Below, piece by piece: positions 56,074-64,000 of a DNA stretch of 64,000 bases. Each line of letters begins with the position of its first letter. The stretch's first letter is position 1. The position numbers and the translations under genes were made by a program. The notes under the pieces were generated by a model that saw only the letters and a program-made list of their open reading frames with translations, made no database searches and was not told where the DNA came from. The stretch spans positions 17,427 to 81,426 of the forward strand of contig QGVD02000008.1 of NCBI GenBank assembly GCA_003242685.2, in the 5' to 3' direction. The DNA is from Pseudomonadota bacterium (GTDB taxonomy: Bacteria > Pseudomonadota > Gammaproteobacteria > Steroidobacterales > Steroidobacteraceae).

Positions 56074-57753
56074 ATGCTTCGCGTGAGGAGCACTCTCGTC
56101 ACAGTCGCCCTGCTGGGCATCTCCCTGTCCGGCGTCGCCGCCGAGCCTTCCACGCCGGGCGCTGCGGAGCTGCGCGCCATGGCGGCCCGCTTCGCTCCCG
56201 TCGAGATCCGCGCCGACATCTCGCATCTGCCGCAGAACGAGCGGCAGGCGCTCGCACGGCTCATCGAGGCCGCGCGGATCATGGACACGATCTACCTGCG
56301 CCAGGTCTCCGCGCACGGCACGACCTGGCTCCTTTCGCTCCTGCGCGACGACTCCGACCTGGGCCGCGCACGTCTCGCGTACTTCCTCCTCAACAAGGGG
56401 CCGTGGTCGGAGCTCGACGCGAACCGGCCTTTCCTTCCCGGCGTCGGCGCGAAGCCGGCCGGAGGAAACTTCTATCCTCCCGATGCGACGCGGGAAGAGC
56501 TCGAGCGCTGGCTCGATTCCCTGCCGAAGGCCGAGCGTGAGGCCGCCGCGGGCTTCTTCACGACGATCCGGCGCGATCCCGCGGGCCGCCTCGTGGCGAT
56601 TCCGTACAGCGTCGAGTTCCAGGGCGAGCTCACCGAGGCCGCGCGCCTGCTGCGCGAAGCGGCGCGGCTCACGAAGCAGCCGACTCTCGCGCGCTATCTC
56701 GAGAAGCGGGCCGAGGCCTTTCTCACGAACGACTACTACGAGAGCGACGTCGCATGGATGGAGCTCGATGCGTCGATCGAGCCGACCATCGGTCCCTACG
56801 AGGTCTACGAGGACGAGCTGTTCAACTTCAAGGCGGCGTTCGAGGCGTTCATCACCGTCGTGGACGCGGAGCAGACCGCGCAGCTCGCCCGCTTCGCCGG
56901 CGAGCTGCAGGAGCTCGAGAACAACCTGCCGATCGATCCGCAGTACCGCCGCGCACAGCTCGGCGGGCTCGCGCCGATCCGCGTCGTCAACGTGGTGCTC
57001 ACGGCGGGCGACGCCAATCACGGCGTGCAGACCGCCGCTTTCAATCTGCCGAACGACGAGCGCGTGGTCGCGGAGAAGGGATCGAAGCGCGTGATGCTGC
57101 GCAACGTGCAGGAGGCGAAGTTCGAGAAGGTCCTGAAGCCCATCTCGCGCATCGTGCTCGCGCGCGAAGATCACGACGCCGTCGCGTTCGAGCCCTTCTT
57201 CACGCACATCCTCATGCACGAGCTGATGCACGGACTCGGGCCGCAGACGATCCGCGTCGGCGCGCGCGAGACGACGGTGCGTCAGGAGCTCAAGGAGCTG
57301 AACGGCCCGCTCGAGGAAGCCAAGGCGGACGTCTCGGGTCTCTGGGCGCTGCAATACCTGATGGACAAGGGCGTGATCGACAAGTCGCAGGAGCGGGCGA
57401 TGTACGTCACCTTCCTCGCCTCGTCGTTCCGTACGCTGCGCTTCGGGCTCGGCTCCGCTCACGCGCGCGGCATGGCCGTGCAGCTCAACCATCTGCTCGA
57501 CTCCGGCGCGGTGAGCATCGGCGCGGACGGCACCTTCTCCCTCGACCTCGAGCGCGCGAAGGCGGCAGTCACCGAGCTCACGCGGCGGCTGATGACGATC
57601 CAGGCGCAGGGCGACTACGCCGGCGCGAAGGAGCTGTTCGATCGCATGGCGGTCATCCGCCCGCAGGTGCAGGCCGCGATCGACCGGCTCACGGACGTGC
57701 CCGTCGACATCGCGCCGCGGTTCGTCACGGCGGAGGAGCTCACCGGCTCGTGA
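56074..57753 (+). CDS. secreted zinc-hydrolase-like protein, DPP III (M49)-like
   Basis: Signal peptide MLRVRSTLVTVALLGISLSGVAA. HELMHGLG and EEAKAD motifs. AAGGAGA RBS. Confidence 0.6.
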   Translation: MLRVRSTLVTVALLGISLSGVAAEPSTPGAAELRAMAARFAPVEIRADISHLPQNERQALARLIEAARIMDTIYLRQVSAHGTTWLLSLLRDDSDLGRARLAYFLLNKGPWSELDANRPFLPGVGAKPAGGNFYPPDATREELERWLDSLPKAEREAAAGFFTTIRRDPAGRLVAIPYSVEFQGELTEAARLLREAARLTKQPTLARYLEKRAEAFLTNDYYESDVAWMELDASIEPTIGPYEVYEDELFNFKAAFEAFITVVDAEQTAQLARFAGELQELENNLPIDPQYRRAQLGGLAPIRVVNVVLTAGDANHGVQTAAFNLPNDERVVAEKGSKRVMLRNVQEAKFEKVLKPISRIVLAREDHDAVAFEPFFTHILMHELMHGLGPQTIRVGARETTVRQELKELNGPLEEAKADVSGLWALQYLMDKGVIDKSQERAMYVTFLASSFRTLRFGLGSAHARGMAVQLNHLLDSGAVSIGADGTFSLDLERAKAAVTELTRRLMTIQAQGDYAGAKELFDRMAVIRPQVQAAIDRLTDVPVDIAPRFVTAEELTGS

Positions 57754-57805
57754 GCATCCGGCCCGGCGCTCCTCGAACGCAGAGTCTTCGCGGACGAAGC
57801 CCGCG

Positions 57806-58882
57806 TCAGGGCAGAGGCGCCCGCGCGCCGTGGCGGCGCCAGACCTCACGCGCCCACACGGCACGATCCGGGTGATCGACGAAGATGCCGTCGACCCCGG
57901 CATCGAAGTACGCCGCGATCTCGGCGGCGAGATCACCGTGCGCCGCGCGGTCCGCGCCCCAGCGCAGCGCCGGCGGCAGGAACTCGTTCTCTGCGCGGAA
58001 GGTCCAGGCGTGCACCTCGAGGCCGCGCGCGTGCGCGCGTTCGACGAGTCCGGTCGGCGTGCCGAGCCGCCCGCCTTCGGCCACGGGAATGACGAGCGAC
58101 TTGTGCGGACCGACGGCATCGGCGTACGCGGCAATCTCATCGAGCCCCCGGTCGGTCGTCATGTCGGCGTAGGTGCGCGCCTCCCCGCGCGCGCGGCAGT
58201 CGAACGGCGCGCCCGAGGCGTCGATGAGCTGCATCAGGCGGATCGAGGTCTGCTCACGGAGCCTGCGCAGATTCGCCGTCTCGAAGGACTGGATGTAGAC
58301 CGGCGCCGCCGCGTCCGTGTACCCCCATCGGCCGAGCGTCTCGAGCAGCGCCTCCTCCATCGGCAGGCCCAGCGCGGCGAAATGACTCGGGTGCTTGGTC
58401 TCCGGATAGATGCCGATCGGGCGCGCATCGCCCGCCGCGACGCGAACCGCCTGCATCTCCTGCACGAGCGCCAGGATCTCCTCGAGCGTCGGGATCTCGA
58501 ACCGGCCGTCGAGCCAGGCGTTCTCCGGACGGAGCTGCGGTATGCGCTCGCGCGCGCGCAGGGTCTTGAGCTCCTCGAGCGTGAAGTCCTCGACGAACCA
58601 GCCCTCGACGGGCACGCCGTCGACGAGCTTCGTCGTCCTGCGGTCGGCGAAGCGCGGATGCTGCGCCACGTCGGTGGTGCCGCCGATCTCGTTCTCGTGA
58701 CGCGCCACGAGCACCCCGTCACGCGTCATCACGAGGTCGGGCTCGATGAAGTCGGCGCCCTGCTCGATGGCGAGCCGGTAGGCTTCGAGCGTGTGCTCGG
58801 GCGCATAGCCGCTCGCGCCCCGGTGCGCGACGAGAATCGGACCCGGCCCCGCCGGTGTGCTGCGTGCAGATTCCACGATCAT
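57806..58882 (-). CDS. glpQ: glycerophosphodiester phosphodiesterase
   Basis: ILVAHRGASGYAPEHTLEAY...FIEPDLVMTRDG... Confidence 0.85.
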   Translation of the reverse strand: MIVESARSTPAGPGPILVAHRGASGYAPEHTLEAYRLAIEQGADFIEPDLVMTRDGVLVARHENEIGGTTDVAQHPRFADRRTTKLVDGVPVEGWFVEDFTLEELKTLRARERIPQLRPENAWLDGRFEIPTLEEILALVQEMQAVRVAAGDARPIGIYPETKHPSHFAALGLPMEEALLETLGRWGYTDAAAPVYIQSFETANLRRLREQTSIRLMQLIDASGAPFDCRARGEARTYADMTTDRGLDEIAAYADAVGPHKSLVIPVAEGGRLGTPTGLVERAHARGLEVHAWTFRAENEFLPPALRWGADRAAHGDLAAEIAAYFDAGVDGIFVDHPDRAVWAREVWRRHGARAPLP

Positions 58883-59055
58883 GGCGGCTCCAGCTTCGCA
58901 TTTCGCCCGGCCGCTGTCATGCCGGCGGCGCCTTCGGTACAGTGAACGTGCCCGAGGTGAAGGTGGAACAAGCCCGCCCCCTGCCGCGTTGAACGGCAGC
59001 GATCGCGGGCGGACCGACGGGCGTCCGGCCCGTTCTCTCTGTCCGTGAACATCGA

Positions 59056-60939
59056 ATGACGCTGCTCACCGATCACGACATCTACCTGTTCCGCGAGGGC
59101 ACGCTCTTCCGCGCGTACGAGAAGCTCGGCGCGCACTACCTGCCTGCGGAAGGCGGCACGCACTTCGGCGTCTGGGCGCCGAACGCACAGTCGGTTTCCG
59201 TGATCGGCGACTTCAACGGCTGGCGGCCCGACGCGCACCGCCTCGATCTGCGCCCCGACGGATCGGGGATCTGGGAAGCGTTCGTGCCCGGTGTCCGGCC
59301 GGGCGCGCTCTACAAGTTCCACATCGTCTCGCGGCACGGAGGTTACACCGTCGACAAGAGCGATCCCTTCGCCTTCTTCTGCGAAGTTCCGCCGAAGACG
59401 GCATCCATCGTGTGGGATCTCTCCTACGAGTGGGGCGACGACGAGTGGATGCAGCGCAGGCGTCGCGCCAACGCGCTCGATGCGCCGATGTCGATCTACG
59501 AGGTCCACATCGGCTCGTGGCGGCGCGTCGCGGAGGAAGGCGGCCGCTCGCTGAGTTACCGGGAGCTCGCGCACGCGCTCGGCGACTACGTCGAGCAGAT
59601 GGGTTTCACGCACGTCGAGCTCCTGCCGGTGATGGAGCACCCGTTCTTCGGTTCCTGGGGCTATCAGATCACCGGCTATTTCGCACCGTCATCCCGCTAC
59701 GGCACGCCCCAGGACTTCATGTACCTCGTCGACCACCTGCATCGCCGCGGCATCGGCGTGATCCTCGACTGGGTACCGTCGCACTTTCCTACGGACGAGC
59801 ACGGCCTCGCGTACTTCGACGGTACGTACCTCTACGAGCACGCCGACCCGCGTCAGGGCTTCCACCCGGAGTGGAACAGCTCGATCTTCAACTACGGTCG
59901 CTCGGAAGTGCGCGAGTTCCTCGCGAGCAGCGGGCTGTTCTGGCTCGACGTGTACCACGTCGATGCGCTGCGCGTGGACGCGGTCGCCTCGATGCTCTAT
60001 CTCGATTACGGCCGCCGCGAGGGCGAGTGGATCCCGAACCGCTTCGGCGGACGCGAGAACCTCGACGCCGTGCGCTTTCTCAAGGAATTCAACGAGGCCG
60101 TCTACCGCGATCACCCGGACACGCAGACGATCGCGGAGGAGTCGACGGCCTGGCCCATGGTCTCGCGCCCGACGTATCTCGGCGGACTCGGCTTCGGCAT
60201 GAAGTGGAACATGGGCTGGATGCACGACACGCTGAAGTACTTCCAGACCGATCCGCTCTTCCGCAGGTACGAGCACCACAAGCTCACGTTCTCCATCTGG
60301 TACGCGTTCACCGAGAACTTCGTGCTGCCGCTCTCGCACGACGAGGTCGTGCACGGCAAGGGCTCGCTCATCGGCAGGATGCACGGCGACGAGTGGCAGC
60401 AGTTCGCGAACCTGCGTCTGCTCTACGGCTACATGTGGGGCCATCCGGGCAAGAAGCTGCTCTTCATGGGCGGCGAGTTCGGCCAGAAGCGCGAGTGGCA
60501 GCACGACGAGGAGCTCGAGTGGTGGGTGACGCAGTACCCCCTGCACGCCGGCGTGCAGCGCTGGGTGCGCGACCTCAACGCCTTCTACCGTGCGACGCCG
60601 TCGCTCCACGAGATCGACTTCGCGCCCGAGGGCTTCGAGTGGATCGACGCGAACGACGCCGAGAACAGCGTGCTCACCTTCCTGCGCAAGGGACGCGACG
60701 GCGATCTCACGCTCGTGGTCTGCAATTTCACGCCGGTCGTGCGTGAGAACTACCGCGTCGGCGTGCCGCGCGGCGGTTTCTGGCGCGAATGTCTGAACAG
60801 CGACGCGCGGGAGTACGGCGGCAGCGGACAGGGCAACCTCGGCGGCGTAGAGGCCTCGCCCCTGCCCTTTCACGGACGCTTCCACTCGCTGAGCCTGCGG
60901 CTCCCGCCGCTCGGTGTGCTGTTCCTCAAACCTCAGTGA
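59056..60939 (+). CDS. glgB: 1,4-alpha-glucan branching enzyme (short form)
   Basis: ...[20 protein letters not shown]...IYEVHIGSW...[10 protein letters not shown]...[13 protein letters not shown]... Confidence 0.92.
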   Translation: MTLLTDHDIYLFREGTLFRAYEKLGAHYLPAEGGTHFGVWAPNAQSVSVIGDFNGWRPDAHRLDLRPDGSGIWEAFVPGVRPGALYKFHIVSRHGGYTVDKSDPFAFFCEVPPKTASIVWDLSYEWGDDEWMQRRRRANALDAPMSIYEVHIGSWRRVAEEGGRSLSYRELAHALGDYVEQMGFTHVELLPVMEHPFFGSWGYQITGYFAPSSRYGTPQDFMYLVDHLHRRGIGVILDWVPSHFPTDEHGLAYFDGTYLYEHADPRQGFHPEWNSSIFNYGRSEVREFLASSGLFWLDVYHVDALRVDAVASMLYLDYGRREGEWIPNRFGGRENLDAVRFLKEFNEAVYRDHPDTQTIAEESTAWPMVSRPTYLGGLGFGMKWNMGWMHDTLKYFQTDPLFRRYEHHKLTFSIWYAFTENFVLPLSHDEVVHGKGSLIGRMHGDEWQQFANLRLLYGYMWGHPGKKLLFMGGEFGQKREWQHDEELEWWVTQYPLHAGVQRWVRDLNAFYRATPSLHEIDFAPEGFEWIDANDAENSVLTFLRKGRDGDLTLVVCNFTPVVRENYRVGVPRGGFWRECLNSDAREYGGSGQGNLGGVEASPLPFHGRFHSLSLRLPPLGVLFLKPQ

Positions 60940-60957
60940 TCCGGCAGGAGATCGCGC

Positions 60958-62982
60958 ATGCCTGCCCGCCCGACCGCCGTCGCTCGTGAGATGCCCGTCG
61001 CAGGGAAGGTCCGCGTGGTGATCGAGAACGTCACGCCGTGCGTCGACGGCGGACGCTTTCCGGTCAAGCGCGTGATCGGCGAGAGCGTGAACGTGGAAGC
61101 GGACGTGTTCACCGACGGACACGATGCCGTGTGCTGCAGACTGCTCTACCGCGCGGAGCGCTCGCCCGACTGGCACCAGGTGCCGATGGCGCCGCTCGGC
61201 AACGACCGCTGGCAGGCACGGTTCACCGTGCAGGAGCTCGGCCGCTACGTCTTCACGGTGATCGCCTGGGTCGATCACGTCGGAACCTGGCAGCGCGACC
61301 TCGCGAAGAAGCACGCCGCGCGACAGGACCTCACCGTGGACCTTCAGCGCGGCGCGATGCTCGCGCGCGAGATCGCCTCACGCGCCGCCGAGATCGATGC
61401 CCGCCGGCTCACCGAATGGGCCAACGCGATCGTCGACCCGGCGCGGGACATCGAGGAACGGGTGCTGCTCGCGTGCAGCGAGGAGCTCACGGAGCTCGCG
61501 CATCGTTATCCCGATCCGACGCTGGTCCTGCGTCACGAGCCGCCGCTTCCCGTCGAGGTGGACCGCGAGAAGGCGCGTTTCTCGACGTGGTACGAGCTGT
61601 TCCCGCGCTCGACCTCGCCGCAGCCCGGCAGGCACGGCACCTTCGCGGACACGGAGGCGCGCCTGCCGTACATCGCCGCGATGGGATTCGACGTGCTCTA
61701 TCTGCCGCCGATCCATCCGATCGGCGTCACGGCACGCAAGGGCCGCAACAACGCGACGACGGCAGGACCGGACGATCCCGGCAGCCCCTGGGCCATCGGC
61801 TCTGCCGAAGGCGGGCACAAGGAGGTCCATCCGCAGCTCGGCACACTCGAGGACTTCCGCCGGCTCGTCGCCCGCGCCGGCGAGCTCGGCATCGAGATCG
61901 CGCTCGACATCGCGTTCCAGTGCAGCCCGGATCATCCTTACGTGCGCGAGCATCCGGAGTGGTTCCTGAAGCGCCCCGACGGCTCGATCCAGTACGCCGA
62001 GAATCCGCCGAAGAAGTACCAGGACATCTTCCCGTTCCATTTCGAATGCGACGCGTGGCAGGAGCTGTGGACGGAGCTCAAGAGCGTCGTCGAGTTCTGG
62101 ATCGCACAGGGCGTGCGGATCTTCCGCGTCGACAATCCGCACACCAAGCCGTTTGCGTTCTGGGAGTGGCTGATCGCCGAGATCAAGCGCACGCGGCCGG
62201 ACGTCATCTTCCTCTCCGAGGCGTTCACCCGGCCCAAGGTGATGTATCGCCTCGCGAAGCTCGGCTTCACGCAGTCGTACACGTACTTCGCCTGGCGCAA
62301 CAACAAGCACGAGCTGACGCAGTACTTCCGCGAGCTCACCTCTGCGCCCGTATGCGACTTCTTCCGGCCCAATCTCTGGCCGAACACGCCCGACATCCTC
62401 ACCGAGTACCTGCAGTACGGCGGGCGGCCCGCGTTCGCGATCCGGCTGGTCCTGGCCGCGACGCTCGGGGCGAGCTACGGGGTGTACGGCCCGGCGTTCG
62501 AGCTGATCGAGCACCGGGCACGCGAGCCCGGCAGCGAGGAGTATCTGGATTCCGAGAAGTACCAGATCCGCCACTGGGACCTCGACCGGCCGGACAGCCT
62601 GCGCGATCTGATCGCGCGCGTGAACCGCATCCGCCGCGAGAACGTGGCGCTGCAGAGTGACCGAGGTCTCGTCTTCCACCGCGTGGACGCGGAGGCGATC
62701 ATCGCGTACAGCAAGACGCCGCCTTCAGGCGGGGACAGCGTGCTCACGGTCGTCAATCTCGATCCTCACCACGCTCACGCGGGCTGGCTCGAGCTCGACC
62801 TGCGAGCGCTCGGGCTCGAGGCGGATCAGCGTTTTCAGGTACACGACTTGCTTACCGGTTCCAGATTCCTCTGGAATGGCGCACGCAACTACGTCGCGCT
62901 GGACCCGCAGCACACTCCGGCTCACATCTTCCGGATCCGCAGCCGGGTCCGCACGGAGCAGGATTTCGATTACTTCATGTAG
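60958..62982 (+). CDS. glgE: alpha-1,4-glucan:maltose-1-phosphate maltosyltransferase
   Basis: ...VVIENVTPCVDGGRFPVKRVIGE...STWYELFPRS...GFDVLYLPPIHPIG...FRVDNPHTKPF... Confidence 0.9.
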   Translation: MPARPTAVAREMPVAGKVRVVIENVTPCVDGGRFPVKRVIGESVNVEADVFTDGHDAVCCRLLYRAERSPDWHQVPMAPLGNDRWQARFTVQELGRYVFTVIAWVDHVGTWQRDLAKKHAARQDLTVDLQRGAMLAREIASRAAEIDARRLTEWANAIVDPARDIEERVLLACSEELTELAHRYPDPTLVLRHEPPLPVEVDREKARFSTWYELFPRSTSPQPGRHGTFADTEARLPYIAAMGFDVLYLPPIHPIGVTARKGRNNATTAGPDDPGSPWAIGSAEGGHKEVHPQLGTLEDFRRLVARAGELGIEIALDIAFQCSPDHPYVREHPEWFLKRPDGSIQYAENPPKKYQDIFPFHFECDAWQELWTELKSVVEFWIAQGVRIFRVDNPHTKPFAFWEWLIAEIKRTRPDVIFLSEAFTRPKVMYRLAKLGFTQSYTYFAWRNNKHELTQYFRELTSAPVCDFFRPNLWPNTPDILTEYLQYGGRPAFAIRLVLAATLGASYGVYGPAFELIEHRAREPGSEEYLDSEKYQIRHWDLDRPDSLRDLIARVNRIRRENVALQSDRGLVFHRVDAEAIIAYSKTPPSGGDSVLTVVNLDPHHAHAGWLELDLRALGLEADQRFQVHDLLTGSRFLWNGARNYVALDPQHTPAHIFRIRSRVRTEQDFDYFM

Positions 62983-63009
62983 ATTCGATCGAAGGGAGCG
63001 GCAGGCTCG

Positions 63010-64000
63010 ATGAGCGCGCAGATTGCACGGGGGGAAGCGCGCAGGGCCACGCGGCCCGCCGGTGCCACGGATCCACTGTGGTACAAGGACGCCATCATCT
63101 ACGAGGTACACGTCCGCGCCTTCTTCGACAGCAACGACGACGGCATCGGAGACTTTCCGGGGCTGACGCGCAAGCTCGACTACATCCAGGATCTCGGCGT
63201 CAACACGATCTGGCTGCTGCCGTTCTACCCCTCGCCGGGCAAGGACGACGGCTACGACATCGCCGACTACCGCAACGTCCACCCGCAGTACGGCACCCGC
63301 GCCGACTTCCGCCAGTTCGTGCGCGAGGCGCACCGGCGCGGCATTCGCGTGATCACGGAGCTCGTGATCAACCACACCTCGGACCAGCATCCGTGGTTTC
63401 AGGCGGCGCGGCGTGCGCCACCCGGCTCGCCGAAGCGCAACTACTACGTCTGGAGCGACGATCCGAACCGCTACTCCGGCGCGCGGATCATCTTCACCGA
63501 CACGGAAGTCTCCAACTGGGCCTGGGATCCGATCGCGAAGGCCTACTACTGGCACCGCTTCTTCAGTCACCAGCCGGATCTCAACTTCGACAATCCGGCG
63601 GTGATCCGCGCCGTCATCCGCATCATGCAGTTCTGGCTCGACCAGGGCGTCGACGGGCTGCGGCTCGACGCCATTCCGTATCTCGTCGAGCGCGAAGGCA
63701 CGAGCTGCGAGAACCTGCGCGAGACGCACGAGGTGATCCGGGAGATCCGCCGGGTGATCGACGAGCACTACGCGGACCGCATGCTGCTCGCGGAAGCCAA
63801 CCAGTGGCCCGAGGACGTCCGCGACTACTTCGGCGAGGGCGACGAGTGCCACATGGCCTATCACTTCCCGCTGATGCCGCGCATGTACATGGCCATCGCG
63901 CAGGAGGACCGCCACCCCATCGTCGAGATACTGCAGCAGACGCCCGACATTCCCGACAACTGTCAGTGGGCGATCTTCCTGCGCAACCACGACGAGCTGA
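63010..64000 (+). CDS. treS: trehalose synthase / maltose alpha-D-glucosyltransferase, N-terminal 330 aa (continues beyond the window)
   Basis: [30 protein letters not shown]...[20 protein letters not shown]...[12 protein letters not shown]...[10 protein letters not shown]... Confidence 0.9.
   Translation, partial: MSAQIARGEARRATRPAGATDPLWYKDAIIYEVHVRAFFDSNDDGIGDFPGLTRKLDYIQDLGVNTIWLLPFYPSPGKDDGYDIADYRNVHPQYGTRADFRQFVREAHRRGIRVITELVINHTSDQHPWFQAARRAPPGSPKRNYYVWSDDPNRYSGARIIFTDTEVSNWAWDPIAKAYYWHRFFSHQPDLNFDNPAVIRAVIRIMQFWLDQGVDGLRLDAIPYLVEREGTSCENLRETHEVIREIRRVIDEHYADRMLLAEANQWPEDVRDYFGEGDECHMAYHFPLMPRMYMAIAQEDRHPIVEILQQTPDIPDNCQWAIFLRNHDEL

Overview
High-GC proteobacterial-type chromosomal window, densely coding on both strands. 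I call about 58 protein genes, one tRNA-Arg(UCG), one TPP riboswitch, and several promoter and terminator candidates. Content in order: hppD with a divergent marR-family gene; 2-oxo-acid dehydrogenase E1alpha-E1beta-E2 followed directly by a giant NAD-glutamate dehydrogenase; an ECF sigma module; gpmA; a riboswitch-controlled thiamine-salvage operon (TonB receptor, YkoF-like, PnuC-like, kinase); phzF-like and Rieske genes; an MBL / ModF-like ATPase / beta-lactamase-fold operon; lpxL-glpD; a large cytoplasmic hybrid sensor kinase whose frame is broken by one base; a decayed gene next to tRNA-Arg; a molybdenum-cofactor cluster with two unusual gene fusions; proBA; two tandem orphan receiver genes plus a Crp/Fnr regulator; htpX; a voltage-gated (BacNav-like) channel; tesB, azurin, fpr; an IorAB-type molybdo-oxidoreductase; glpQ; and glgB-glgE-treS. 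I saw no CRISPR array, transposase, integrase, phage genes or recognisable defence genes, and no convincing novel multi-gene system. The items most worth follow-up are the MoaE-MoeB-rhodanese and MobA-MoaD fusions, a pair of identical back-to-back ECF-type promoters, the thiamine operon, the frameshifted kinase, and an operon with catalytically degenerate hydrolase folds. Most long ORFs in the six-frame track are antisense or out-of-frame artefacts of high GC. All calls come from reading motifs by eye; no database or covariance-model search was run. Start codons are best guesses, checked for frame against the ORF track.
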